Part shown: positions 13,305 through 26,696 of the stretch, in pieces | How positions within the stretch are numbered: the stretch's first letter is position 1 | Layout: each line of letters starts with the position of its first letter | Source of the DNA: Octopus vulgaris | Lineage: Eukaryota | Length of the DNA: 64,000 nucleotides | Assembly (NCBI GenBank): GCA_951406725.2 | Contig: OX597831.1 | Span: 10,974,001 to 11,038,000 of the forward strand | Direction of reading: 5' to 3' | Program-made: the position numbers and the translations under genes | The notes under the pieces: generated by a model | What the model was told of the DNA's origin: nothing | Databases searched by the model: none | What the model saw: the letters and a program-made list of their open reading frames with translations, nothing else

Positions 13305-13709
13305 AGAGATAGGTATAGAAAGACAGACAAACAGAGACAAAGAGGATAGACAGACAGAAAGAGAGCGGAGAAAGAGAGACAGACAGAGAGAGAGAGAAAC
13401 TAGAGGTTAAAATAGTAGGGAGAAAGCAGAAAATAGGTAAAAGGCAGACGAAAAGAAAGAAAAGTAATAAAGATGGAGATTGACGTAAATATAGAGAGAC
13501 AAAAATACAGAGCCAGATGTAATTACAGATAGAATTTTTTTAAAAAACAGAAATATAAACAAACAAATAGCACAAAAATAATTGTGTCCAGAGTGAAAAA
13601 AAGTAGAATGTGTATTTTATTTGTGGCGTGATTCACGTTCAGTTCATTCTGATTACATTATATATTTTCTATATACATATATAAAAAAAAAAGAAAATCA
13701 TTATATATA

Positions 13710-13884
13710 TTCTTTTCTATTCTAGGCACATGGCCCAAAATTTTGGGAGAGGGGGACAGTCGATCAGATCGACCCCAGTACCTAACTGGTTCTTAATTTA
13801 TCAACCCTGAAAGGATAAAAGGCAAAATCGACTTCGGCGGGATTTGAACTCGGCGTGCTAACGTTTCTGCCAGCTCGCCGCCTT
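13710..13884 (-). mobile_element. SINE family A (tail type ii), internally deleted
   Basis: TCTTTTCTATTCTAGGCACATGGCCC...GATTTGAACTCGGCGTGCTAACGTTTCTGCCAGCTCGCCGCC. Confidence 0.85.
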
Positions 13885-14149
13885 CTTATATTTCATATAT
13901 TGTCGTTGCAGGCTTACCCATATCTACAAAGCCCTATTGTATATTTTGCACGGAAATATATTCTCGATATATTTGATAGGATTAGGTGAAGCTGTGTGTT
14001 TAAGAATCTAGCGTTGCAGTTATGTGGATCCGGTTTCAGTCTCACTGCACAGCACCTTGAGCAATTGTCTTTTACTAGATCCTCGTGCCGACAAATGCTT
14101 TTGAGAAACAGAGAAGTGTGAAAACTCGGTGTGTGTGTGTGTGCGATGG

Positions 14150-14620
14150 ACCCAATGATAACTCAAAAAGCTTAGACAATCCATTCGGATGAAGAGACCG
14201 AACAAGAGTCCTAAACCGACCCGCATTCACCATAACAATGTGCGCCAACACAAATCTTAGGTTAAAAATATAAAAATTCCCACAGTTAGAAACTGGAGGG
14301 ATTAGTGATCCCCCGATCCAGTGTAGCCAGATCTGCCGCTCCCCAGGCTCTTCCTGTTTAGTCCAATGAAATATAGTGTTTGAGAAAACGATTTTGATGA
14401 CACAGAATGAAGTGAAAGCGACTGTAAAGAAGCGGGTGGTACATTGCACACCTTACGTTTCCAAAGAGAGATAAACGCTTGCACTGAACGACGGTGAAAG
14501 TGCATCAGTTGTGATAGAGACTAAACTGAATAACACGTCTGAGTGAAGAAAGAGTTAACGTGTCAACAGATGTAATACGGACGACGTTAATAAGAAACTT
14601 TATGCCCGATTTTGCATTGT
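14150..14620 (+). mobile_element. Decayed mariner transposase C-terminal fragment
   Basis: KKLRQSIRMKRPNK...IHHNNVRQH (like HHDNARPH), a decayed YSPDL motif near 14321-14340 and ER.*KCISCDRD (like RW.KCI...GDY); frameshifts present. Confidence 0.7.
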
Positions 14621-15237
14621 ATTCAGCACATTACCAGCTAGCTTCTGCTGTATTTGAGAAAATTACAATGTTAAACTTAGAGGCCGACAACTTAGACGTA
14701 AATAATTATGTGAAGAATTTGTAAGGGCAAATCCTTGTCTAGCGAGCATAATTTCATTTAAAGCCAAACCTAACAATTGCAACCTAATATGGTACATTTC
14801 GCTAATACGTGCAACGCAGGCGCGCGCTCACACACACACACAAACATATGTATGTATATGTATGTATGCACATATATGTATGTGTATCTGTATGTGCATG
14901 TGTGTCTATGCGTGTGTCTATGCATATGTGTGCATGTGTATGTATGCATGAATGTATATACATATACATATATATATATATATACACTCACACATATATA
15001 TACAAATAGAGAGAGAGAGACATAGCTATGTTGTTATGAACCTCGCTTTGCAACAACGTGGTTTCGAGTTTTCTTCCGCTGTGTGGCGCCTTGGACAAAA
15101 TGCCTTCTACAACGCCTTGTCCCAAAAGTCCCAAACTTTTTCAAAACATAAATACTGGGGGCGACTTGTTCGAATAAACCATTCAAGGCATTATCCCGGC
15201 CTTAATGCAGTTTACTGGCTAAAACAAGATATACATA

Positions 15238-15273
<36 letters not shown>

Positions 15274-15476
15274 AATACATATTTATATATGTATAAAATC
15301 CATAATGGAAACGGACATCATCATCCTCCACGTGAACGGCTTGACAAATTGTTAAGATATTAAGATATAATATTTTTCTTAACATGAAACCAATGGTAGC
15401 ATTAAAAACACAAATAAAGTAATTTTATCCATCAATGCGGTGTTGAGCACTCATTCTCGTTGTTCGACATTAACGC

Positions 15477-15540
<64 letters not shown>

Positions 15541-15775
15541 GAGAGAGGGAGAGAGAGGGGGTGGAGAGAAACGAGACAGAGGAAGAGAGAGAGAGTGCGT
15601 AAAGAACTATTATACATAGCAGTATTACTATTTATGATATAGAGAGCAATTTATTGTGATTAAACATAGCAAAGTATTGTAAATGATCACAAAAGTGGAA
15701 CGTGCATCAGAACAGAGAATGAAAGTTTGTTCTTATCGAAATTTCTCCTATACATACATAGATACATACATAGAG

Positions 15776-15859
<84 letters not shown>

Positions 15860-16193
15860 TCTCTGCGAAAAGATCTCAGAATTTTAATTGATTTGCTTTT
15901 CGCAGAAAGGAAAGTTTCTTGTCGAAGATACGTCTCGCTTTCACCTTCGAAACGTAGAGTAGATGAAACCATAGCGACTGAAGAATGGGCTTTTTCTTTG
16001 TGTTAATTTTCCTGTACTCTATTTTTTTGTTGTTGTTTAAAAAAATGTCCAGTTCCCTTGGTTTGTGTCTATGTTTTCGTTTCTCATTGTGTTCGACGTC
16101 TTTTTGGTGTCCTGTACCCATATATGCGTGTATATGTACATGTAGAGGTAGGTACGTACATATATGTTTATAAATATGCATATGTTTTATTTA

Positions 16194-16236
<43 letters not shown>

Positions 16237-16454
16237 CATAAGATTAACTAATTTTTCATTCACTCTAGTGCGTGTTAGCAATGTGCCTTAAAAATTCCTT
16301 TTTTTTTCGTGATTTTAGGTTTAACTGCCCTTTTTAGCTTGTAAAAGAAGCCCTGTTAAGTGTCTTCTCTCCGTGTATAAATCCTTATACACTCTTACAT
16401 AAAATATATATGTGTATGTATGTATGTATGTATGTATGTATGTATGTATGTATG

Positions 16455-16485
<31 letters not shown>

Positions 16486-17231
16486 TCCTAATTCAGTGCG
16501 TAAATTCGTTTTTCGTGTCTGACGTCTAACGTTGAAAATGTGATTATATTAGTTTAAGCTTGCTATTCACCTAACAGCTTTGCTTGACGGCATAAACCAA
16601 ATGTAGTTACTATGCACAATAAAACGTTTCTTCCCTCTTATATTTCAGAAGGATGGTCATCATTTCGGTGTCTATATTATATTAATAATAATCTTATTCG
16701 TTCAACCGATCATATTTATAGGAAAAATAATATTTAACCTCACTTATTGTATTAAGCGTCCGATTCATCGAAATAGAGAAATATTATAGTAAATCTATTA
16801 ATTAACATCGGAAAAAATGAAGTCTGTCCATTTTCCGTTGCCATTCAATTTGATTTCAGCGAATTGTTTGATTTAAATTATATTGGTTATCGGAATTGTT
16901 CGAAGCACTCGATCAACAGTTAAAACCCACGCGTTCGTAATATTTCAAAATGGAGTCGTGTTATCGTAATAAAGCACAGGGTCCTTAAAAACGCTGGGAC
17001 TTGAATCATTAAAGACGTGTTAAAGGAGTTTATTGTCTTGCTGTCATTCGGATTAGAGGTTCCTCTTCGCTACACCCACACAACGTTTTTACCGTTGTGA
17101 AACCAGGATTTTCTACAGATGAAGAATTTTGGCATTAGTTTGGAATCCGATTGCGTTGACAGCCCAGAACTCGGGTTGAGTGCTTCTGCGGAAATATGTC
17201 ACATTTATGCCCTGCCAAGACCTAAGATATA

Positions 17232-17273
<42 letters not shown>

Positions 17274-17442
17274 TTCAGCAAGATTCAGATTCAGACGAAT
17301 ATGGTACTTAAGTCAGAGGCACCAGAATTTTGTATGGTATTATCCATATAATCCATGGGGTGATTATACACTTGTTGCTTATTTTGATTATATATATATT
17401 TATATCTGTAAATGCAATATGTGACAATTATTCGGTAGTCAT

Positions 17443-17503
17443 GATAAAACTCCGAGTTTCGGATGCCGAGGTGGAAATCCACACTACCATCTCTTCAGTT
17501 ATC
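17443..17503 (-). ncRNA. Type-I hammerhead ribozyme motif, near intact (separate family)
   Basis: Minus strand: GAUAA CUGAAGA GAUG..GUGGAUUUCCAC..CAUC C GAA ACUCGGAGU U UUAUC. Stem I GAUAA/UUAUC is perfect, the core is intact and stem III ACUC/GAGU is palindromic. Confidence 0.7.
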
Positions 17504-17848
17504 CGGCCATCGGAAAAACGCTATGAAAAATAATCGTTATACAAAGGGAAATTACTGTGTTATTGACCGCTATTTGGACAAAAGCGCTATTCGAATGATC
17601 GCTAATTAAGGTAAGGGGGTTAAAAGTTCATAGTATACGCGTAAGCTCGACTGTTCATACGTATACCTGTGCACCGCACAACTACGTACATACACGTACA
17701 AACTCAGAGTTTTATCTTGGCTACCGAATAATTGCCATATATTACATTTACAGAAAAATTCCTCTATTTACATAATACTGAGGTCTCTTTCTTTTGTTAT
17801 CTTACCGTTTTTACCTATATATATATATATATATATGAAAATATATAC

Positions 17849-17934
<86 letters not shown>

Positions 17935-18184
17935 ATACAGAGAGAGAGAGAGAAATAGTTATTATAATGGAATAATTACTGTGAAGCATTGTGTAGAATA
18001 TATTGTATAAAAGATCGTGGGTAAGGCCAAAACAATGCGAAGTAAATGCAAGGTAAATCACAAGAAAACAGATATGTGAATTAAGACTCACCTTGCATTC
18101 AATATTTCGGGGTTTTGAACCCATTTTCAAGAAATTTAAAAAAGGTTGCCGATGTGGGTTTTATACAATACACCGTCCTCTTCA

Positions 18185-18274
18185 AATAATAATAATAATA
18201 GTAGTAATAATAAAAATAATAATAATAAGAAGAAGAAGAAGAAGAAGAAGCAGAAGAAGAAGGGGGGAGAGGAA

Positions 18275-18307
<33 letters not shown>

Positions 18308-18364
18308 GAAGGAGAGGAAGAAGAAGAAGAAGAAGAAGAAGAAGAAGAAGAAGAAGAAGAAATA

Positions 18365-18417
<53 letters not shown>

Positions 18418-18625
18418 GTAATAATAAAGGAGCTCTTAAAGTCCTATGTAACGTATTTTCTGTCTAATATCTTCACATCTGAAACCAAGAAAGAAAATAT
18501 TTTTCTTTTCCTGCCGTCAAAATCCCAGCTTTCACATGAACAAAAATAACATTACTACCACACCACACTTATTCAACAACGACACCACCTACTACTACTA
18601 CTACTACAACAACTACTACTACTAC

Positions 18626-18691
<66 letters not shown>

Positions 18692-18760
18692 TAATAATAA
18701 TAATAATAATAGTAATAGTAATAATAATAATAATAATAATAGTGATAATAATAATAATCT
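18185..18760. repeat. (AAT)n/(GAA)n/(CTA)n microsatellite cluster
   Basis: Directly visible. Confidence 0.95.
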
Positions 18761-20230
18761 GGTCGTTCGATTGAAAAAGCGGACACTCTCATTTAGATGT
18801 TCATGCTAAAAGACAATAGAACAAATCTACGATCGGTAAAGGAGCTTAAGAGAAATTCTATAACGTTATAGCAATTGAGCTGCGAGTAATTCTCTTTCTA
18901 TTCGCTGATAACGATAAGCTTTGCAAGGCAGACAATACCATCGGCTCTACATGCACCAAACAACAATAACAAAACGTGAGACCATCAAAGGAATGTGACA
19001 TGTTTTCGAGATGCTATAACGAGTCTTCAGATTTATTTGGGAGAAAAGCAGAGATTATGACACGCTCATGTCTTTCTCGAGAGCATTAGCAGTGTAAATG
19101 AAGTAAAATGACTAATTGAAAAATCGAAACCGTATTACGGCCTCGTTTCTTCAAGAAGCTTATTTCTATTCGAGGGCGCTCACTTCAGTTGCAATATACG
19201 ACGATTGCAATATTTATTTTTAGCATTGTTACAAGGCTTCGAATTTGGGGGAAATATATAGTCGGCAATATCGATCCAGGAATTGATCGAGGTTTCATTT
19301 TAGTTTATCGATTCATATGAATGAAAATCAAAGTTGATGTCTGCGAGAATTGAACTCGAAACATATGAGGCCGTGACATAATACTCTCAGGGGCTTCATG
19401 CAATGTTCTGCGAAACCAATCGCAATAATGGAAGAAAGACTTACGTCACTAATGCCTCTTCAAAAACATATGCACATCAGAGAAACTGATCTCGTTTTCC
19501 TATAAATGTATCGTCTTTTATAACTAAGAGATCAAAATACAGACTGAATCAGTTTATTTTATCAAAAAGGAAACAGGAAATTCAGCAAGACGATTGATGT
19601 GAGGTTCTAAGTACATCTTTCTATTAACATCTCACTTTCTTCGCTATATAAATGATAAATATGCATTTTTCACTTTTCTAAGAGTTTTAAACAAGCAAAG
19701 TTTAAAGAATTACTTGTATAATTTAAGCAAGTTTATAGTTACTCCAAACAAGATGGCAGCGTGATTATAACGCTACACTGAATATGGTATGGAAGGGCTC
19801 CTCGTTTTATTTACGTTTAGACAGACAAGTAACCCATATGCAAAAGCAAAAAATCAATGAAGAAAAACGAATTTTCATGGTTTTGCTGATTCAGTTGAAG
19901 AAAAATCAAAATATTCACCGGACTAGAATAAACAAGATCTTAACGATTAGCAAATCCTTTTGAAGCTAATTCAAACCAGTCAGAAAATGGTAGCTGGGAG
20001 CAAAGTTCATATATTATAATAATATTCACATTTAAAACCACAAATGCACGGTTTATACGCATCAAACTTATGAATAAGATATATTGAAATAATTAAACTA
20101 TAAAATCCGAAACGTGAGAGGAATTAGAGAGCAATGTGTATTTACTGGAACTTCTAGGGCAGGCCACAATGTTAAAAGTATGCACACGCTCACATACGTG
20201 CGCCGGTGAGTTTTATTCATATATTTATAT

Positions 20231-20885
20231 GTATGCGAGGGGAAGTAGTCAAAATTATCCGTACTTTCACCATAGAATATCTTTCTTTCTTATTATCACA
20301 GTGGCGAGCTGGCAGAATTGTTAGCACGCTGGACGAAATGCTTAGCAGTATTTCGCCCGTCGCTACGTTCTGAGTTCAAATTGCACCGAAGTTGACTTTA
20401 CCTTTCATCTATTCGGGGTCGATTAAATTGAGTACTGGGGTCGATGTCATCGACTATCTCCCTCCCCCAAATATCAGGCTTTGTGCCTGTTATAGAAAGG
20501 AAAGGATTATCACACTGCCTTCTGTGCACGCTTGCTTGTTGTTGGTACTATTGTGCTCACGTAATCGAAGTTTGATCTGATCACGCCATTTTTCTTTCTG
20601 GCTTTACGGTGTAAGCATGGCCGCTGCACCAGCAGTGTGCACCAAAGGGGAACATTAATCCGATTTCTCTGGTCGGTAGGTATGTCAGGTGCTGAAATTC
20701 ATCGGAGGCTGTTCGCACAATACCAGAACAACACACTACAGTAGAGTAGATCGAGGACTTTAAAAGTGGCCGGACAAGCGTCACACATGAAGAGGGAATA
20801 GAACGCCTGTCAACCTCCACCACTTACGAGAAGATTCTGCAAGCTCGAGAGATGGCAATGATGAGCCGGTTCACCATTGCCATTT
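20231..20885 (+). mobile_element. Decayed mariner 5' end (TIR and N-terminal HTH) interrupted by a SINE
   Basis: TIR-like TGCGAGGGGAAGTAGTCAAAATTATCCG. From ~20617: MAAAPAVCTKGE..IRFLWSVGMSGAEIHRRLFAQY...IEDFKSGRTSVTHEEGIERLSTSTT, matching the mariner HTH region. Confidence 0.8.
20301..20505 (+). mobile_element. SINE family A (tail type ii) nested in mariner
   Basis: TSD ATTATCACA at 20292-20300 and 20506-20514. Confidence 0.88.
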
Positions 20886-21106
20886 CTCGGATCACTGCTC
20901 TTTGTTCTTCTTTGGTGCTCATTGCTACTGGAGCGGCCATGCTCACACTGTAAAGCCAGAACGAAAAATGGCAAGATCAGGTTCAAATTTCGATCACGTG
21001 ACCACAATAGTACCGACTATGAACACCCTTGCGCTGGAAGCAGTGTGACAATAAAAAGGATATGTTATGGCGAAAGTGCTGATAATATCTGACTTAGCCC
21101 TGTATA

Positions 21107-21160
<54 letters not shown>

Positions 21161-21165
21161 CTTTC

Positions 21166-21416
21166 TTCTTTTATTCTTTTGCTTGTTTCACTCATTTGGC
21201 CGTGGCCATGTTGGAGCACCACATTAAAGTGATTTTTAGTCGAAGAAATCGACCCCAGGACTTACTCTTTGTAAGCGTCATACTTATTCTCTTTTGCCAA
21301 ACTGCTAAATTACGGGACGTAAACACACCAACATTGGCTGTCAAGCAATTACGGGAGTGTTTGAATGGTGGGAGTACAAAACACGGACACAAAGCCGCAC
21401 ACACATAAATAAATAC

Positions 21417-21453
<37 letters not shown>

Positions 21454-21614
21454 ACGGGCTTCTTTCACTATCCGTCTACCAAATCCATTCACAAGGCTTT
21501 GGTCGAACCCGGGGTTACGGTAGAAAACACTTGCTCCTGGTGCCACGCAGTGGGACTGAACCCGGAACCATGAGGTTGGGCAGCAAGCTACTTACCACAC
21601 AGCCACGCCCGTGC
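21166..21614 (-). mobile_element. tRNA-derived SINE family C (CORE-like segment, internal microsatellite, CR1-like tail)
   Basis: Minus strand GTGGCTGTGTGGTAAG...GGGTTCAGTCCC (A/B boxes), GCAAGTG..TTCTAC segment, tail GTGGTGCTCCAACATGGCCACGG...TGAAACAAGC. Confidence 0.88.
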
Positions 21615-22128
21615 ACATATATAGGCGTTTGTATAGATAGAGGTCTGTATATATGTGTGAGTGTATGGATGTGTGTGTGTGTTTGTGAGTGATAATATGC
21701 CTATTACTGAGAAATGTGAGCAACTTCATGTCAACTGAAATAAGGAAACAGTAAGAATATATAAACATTATAATTTTGTACATGTAGAAATCAAAGACAC
21801 CATTCTTGGCAGTAAACACAGTTAAATATCACTTTAAATCTATAAGTTTTATATCTAATCTATGTGTCATACTTGATGCATACAACTGCAGTATTCGTAC
21901 AAGTACAATATTGCTTTTAAGCATCTATTTTCATAAGTGATGTTATATCAGGATGAATGAGACAGTGAGTTGCCTGTCAACAATGAATATTTATTAATTA
22001 TGATACATAGATGCTGCTTCAGTTGCGGAAAGCGGATAAATTAGTATTAATTCCCTTCTTCCCGTTGGTGTATAACTAATGCAAACAGCTCACAGCACTC
22101 TAATAACTCTAATCTCCCTAAATATACC

Positions 22129-22351
22129 TATTTCTTTACTGCCCACAAGGGGCTAAACACAGAGAGGACAAACAAGGACAGACAAACGGATTAAGTCGAT
22201 TATATCGACCCCGGTGCGTAACTGGTACTTATTTAATCGACCCCGAAAGGATAAAAGGCAAAGTCGATCTCGGCGGAATTTGAACTCAGAACGTAACGGC
22301 AGACGAAATACCGCTAAGCATTTCCCCCGGCGTGCTAACGATTCTGCCAGC
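22129..22351 (-). mobile_element. SINE family A (tail type i), young copy
   Basis: TSD TCTCCCTAAATATACC at 22113-22128 and 22352-22367. Confidence 0.92.
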
Positions 22352-22479
22352 TCTCCCTAAATATACCGTTAATGTAAAAAATCAAATGTAACTTAAATAA
22401 ATCGCCCAAATAATGCAACGATTATTTACGTTTTTTGACATTTAACTTAGTAATTCTCTCCTCACTTCTTCGCCAAGGA

Positions 22480-23020
22480 CAGGGATCTTTACGTGTTTCT
22501 GAAGGGCGTCATCAGCGAGGCTCCCCTCTCTGTGCTCATGAATCGGCTTGCCAATGTTCACCTGTTCACACTGTGTTATGCTGGATGCTTACAATGAACT
22601 AGGTTCCTGTTTCTATACAATTCTTTGATGTCGTTCACAAGCTTCTTTAACGGCATCCTGCTCTCTTCCTCTTAATATTTGATGCTTTGATGGTTTTAGC
22701 CAATAACTTGTGGCGCAATGTATGTCCAGACTATGATAGGGGTTTGTCCATTTCGTTATTGACAATAGGTGTCTTTGGAGGTTCAGCTTTTCTTGTACTG
22801 CAGCGTTTGTTACCCTGTCTTTCCAGTTTACCTGGAAGACTCTGCGAATGATCCACGTCTAAAAAGCATCCACGTCTGAAAGGCATCTGAAAGGCATCAA
22901 TCAACTTTTCTCTATTGCTCTGTTTATTGCCCTAGTTTCTGTCCCATACCGGGTAATTAGCATAATTATAACAGTTTACAAACCTCATTTTTATGTGTAG
23001 TGTTATGTCTTTGAAGCTAA
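22480..23020 (-). mobile_element. Decayed RTE-like LINE ORF C-terminal region
   Basis: Minus strand across frameshifts: SFKDITLHIKMRFVNCY..YGTETRAINRAIEK..DAFQM..RRVFQVNWKDRVTNAAV, like LYG.ETW...KKLDAFEM..RR.L.I.W.D.VTN. Confidence 0.7.
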
Positions 23021-23469
23021 CGAGGAAGGATGTAATAAGAGCGAAACGTGTACATGGTTGTCACGATCGTTGTACTTGAATGAGTGTCATTGCTTTGAGG
23101 TTTTAATATATTTTCTCTAACCGCATGGTTAGTTTCTAGTTTGCTTTTTGATTCTCCCATCATTAAAATATCTTAACACTAACTTAATGATTAACTTACT
23201 TTAACGTGTAGGTTCTTAAATATAAGGGATATACAAGTATTGTATCTTTCCTAATAATATATTGTATCGACTCTGCATAAGGGAAGGGGGAAATCGAACG
23301 TAGCAAGGTGTGAGTCGAGACTGTAGAAGGATGTTTCTGTATTTTGTACGTAAAGCATTTAGTCGTCTCTGCTACCGTTTCTTCCCCTTCATTGCTTCTC
23401 TCGATTACTATAATAAAGCTAACACTATTCCACTAAAATCGATGATGAGACTAAAACAACAGCAACAGA

Positions 23470-24300
23470 TTTGAAAATCCTGAAATTGCTTCGCATTTTC
23501 AAATTATTATTTTAGTTAATCGTATTCAGGAAAGCTAGTGTGTCTGAATGCAAGATTAAAACGGCGCTACACTACATCACTGGTGCTATAGCAACGCAGA
23601 CAGTCAATATCGCAAACGGAATATTCCGTGGAGACCTCAGTCGCACCATTAATATTTTCTCTTGCTTTTGGATGCGCTGGCGTGCTGACCTCCATTAGAA
23701 GTGGTTAAAGGATAGGTAAATATATATAAATCATATTCAGTTTATACAGAAATCCTATCAAACTCTATAGTAATTCTGATATACAGTTGGAATACATTTT
23801 TTTTCTTCGTAACAAATAAAACAATTTTTTTTTCCAGAGATTTTTGAAAAATGAGAACTACTAAGCTAGCTACAGATTACAGAAAAAGAAAGAACAAGTT
23901 CAGCTTACAAATATCGATATGTCAGTTAACGGTTAAAACATCGTGCCAAAATGAAAAATAAAGCAAGTCGCAAACTTAAACAGATCCTGTGTTTTTGATT
24001 GATCCTAAAAGCGTAAAATAAATATGTAAGTTAAGATGAGACTAACCAACAATGTGTACGTGACTTCAGAAACTTATAACTTCATTGTAATAATTAGAGG
24101 ATACATGAGATTCAAGTAGTATGGACACAGCCTAGAAAACAAAACACAAAATTCAATTTAGATCATCTCCAAATGCTGATGTGTGCTGCATTTGCATATC
24201 GATCCAGCAGAGAGACATGTAGCCTACACAGTTTGAGATGAACTCGAACGACCATAAAACATCTGTAATGTATTTATCAGTCTAGCGAAGATGGGAAACA
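23470..24300 (+). mobile_element. Highly decayed Dong/R4-like reverse transcriptase remnant
   Basis: KTALHYITGAIATQTVNIANGIFRGD followed by a frameshifted PLIFSLA (RT GIFQGDSLSPL.F.LA), then INHI..IKLYSNSD.QLE, and SPNADV near 24165 (like HPKADV.RLY). Confidence 0.6.
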
Positions 24301-24384
24301 GTGGTAATCTTCTTAGAGTGAAGAGATGGTGGATTCTTGAGTGAGGTTAGTGAAGTCATTGCAACACAACAGAGAGGTTAAACG

Positions 24385-25357
24385 GAATTAATGCAGCCGG
24401 CCCTGTGAAGTTGCGACCGATTAATGTTGCATGGAATAAATGTGGCAGATTTTGTATGACTGATGAATGTTGCAGGTTAGTAAACTTGGTGTATTTAACA
24501 TTGCAGATTTGTGCACTTTGATGCATTTAATGTTAATGCCTGAAATAGGTTTACTCATTCGAACTTGTAAATGCTGCACAGTTAATGTTGCATGGTTAAA
24601 GCGGTGAATATGGCGCAGTTAATGTTGCATACGTAAAAAGGTGCAAGTAGTGCATTTAATATTGCAGATTTAAGACAGTGATACAGTGCAGTTAATGTTG
24701 CATATTTAAGAAGGTGCATATGATGCAGTTAATACTGCAGCTTTATGAAAGTAGAGGTGATGCAGTTAATTTTGAATAGTTAAAAAGATGCAGTGATGCA
24801 GTACTTAATACTGCACATTAAGGTTGAAGCTGGTGAAGTTAATGTTGCATATAAGGAGGAGGGTTGCAGTTAATGTTGCATATTAAGATAATTTCTTTCA
24901 GACGATCATGTAAAAATGGTGGACTTAATGTTGCAGATAAGTTGATGGACTTTAGTGCAACTAGTTTCGAGGATTAGTGGTTGGTGTTGGTTAATTCTGG
25001 ATAGTTAAAAGAATGAAGCGATGCAAGTGATGCAGCGACGTATTGCAGATTAATGTAAAAATAGTGAAATTCTTGCATACTCATTATATTTATGGTGCAG
25101 TAAATGTTGCATATTTATAACATTAATAATGCTGTTAAATTTGCATGTTTAAGAAGAGTGGTTCTTGGACGATGCGGCCAATGTTGCACAAAAATAAAAA
25201 CTGGTTCAGTCAATCTGCAAAAGTGTTGCAGACAGAAAGCTAAATATTGATGCAGATGATGCTGCAAACTATCAACTAGTGCCGATGCAGTTAATGTTGC
25301 AGGTAAATAGGCTCAAATGATTGATATATTTTTGTGGTTACGTAGTTAATTTTACAT
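24385..25357. repeat. Degenerate ~36-37 bp tandem array with conserved TGCAGTTAATGTTGCA core
   Basis: The GCAGTT position of the core falls at 24578, 24615, 24652, 24688, 24725, 24762, 24798, 24835 and 24866; looser copies extend on both sides to ~24390 and ~25345. Confidence 0.85.
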
Positions 25358-25360
25358 ATA

Positions 25361-25398
<38 letters not shown>

Positions 25399-26122
25399 AG
25401 TATATATTTAGATATATATGGATATATATATCTGTGTGTGTGTGTCTGTGTCTCTGTGTGTGTGTGCGTGCGTGTGTGTGTGCGTATAAATTTATGTGTA
25501 TTTATAAAAATTAAATCTCCTGCTAGTTAACTCAGGATCCATTGACGACAATACAACCTTCATTTAACTAAGATATCTTCGCCCAGATGAGTAACTAGTG
25601 GATTACCCCTCACTGGGAGATTCTTACTTCCGAGGTTCTGCTATCCGGGAAACATATGTAGCTGCTCCTTTCTCTCAATTTGTTTTTTTTTTTTCGCATC
25701 CATAGCAAACAAAGATGCTAACTGTGAAATATAAAAGTAACTTTTTCCAGCTCATTATAGGAAAATCCTACAACCTTCTACGCCAGTAAACTATTATTGT
25801 TCTGAAGGGCGTTTTTTTATGCATACTACTGACTGCTCGAAGCTTACTAACTCCCTACACGTTTATCCTTGGAAATTACAATTACATATTATATATACAT
25901 GTGTGTGTGTGTGTGTATTTGTGTCTGTTTTATCCTCCCCCGCCATCGCTTGACAACTGATGCTGGTGTGTATGCGTCCCTATGATCTAACGGTTTGGCA
26001 GAAGTGGTCGATAGAATAACTACTGGGCTTACAAAGAATCCATTTCAGAATCTAACCACATGTGAATAGTTGGCGACTTTTTTCCTCCGTCTTCCTTTTC
26101 TCTTGGACTTCCTTCGTTTTCT

Positions 26123-26157
26123 GTTTCAGACGAAGAGGTTTGCTCGAAACGTTAAAC
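26123..26157 (+). ncRNA. Minimal hammerhead motif, mutated (CAGACGA), within a PLE-like fragment ~26045-26260
   Basis: GTTT CAGACGA A GAGG TTT GCTC GAA ACGT T AAAC; flanks are homologous to 29545-29705 (-). Confidence 0.6.
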
Positions 26158-26255
26158 TACCTTTCTTTCCTTCCCTAAGCGTCTGCAACTACATTGCATG
26201 GACCACGTCCTCGCGATGTTGTTCTTTACTTGTGTTTGTCCTTCGTTTTATTCTT

Positions 26256-26299
<44 letters not shown>

Positions 26300-26301
<2 letters not shown>

Positions 26302-26696
26302 CATTCTTTTACTTGTTTCATTCATTTGACTGCGGCTATGCTGGAGCACGGCCTTAAAGGGTTTTTAGTCGAAGAATTCGACACCAAGACTTATTTTTGT
26401 AAGCCTAGTACTTATTCTATCGGCCTCTTTTGCCGAGCCCTTAAGTCACAGGGACGCAAACACACCAACATCGGTTGTCAAGCGATGGTGGGGGAACAAA
26501 CTCAGACACAAGCACACACAGACATATATATATATATATGCACGACGAGCTTCTTTCAGTTTCTGTCTATCAAATGCACTCACGAAGGTTTGGTCGGCCC
26601 GGGGCTATAGTAGAAGACACCCGCCCAAGGTGCCACGCAGTGGGACTGAACCCGGAACCGTGTGGTTCGCAAGCAAGCTTCTTACCACACAGCCAC
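26300..26696 (-). mobile_element. SINE family C
   Basis: Homologous to 35634-36044 over its full length. Confidence 0.9.

Noticed and set aside
15915-15960. Further hammerhead-like remnants (also ~18097-18135 minus and ~42497-42530 plus)
   Set aside because: GAAA(C/T) and a hairpin are present but the CUGANGA core is too degenerate to call.
24385-25357. CRISPR array, or a coding repeat (DAVNVA on +, CNINC on -)
   Set aside because: Linkers are homologous to each other, there are no cas genes and the context is eukaryotic. The mixed 36/37-bp period breaks frame, and stops occur.
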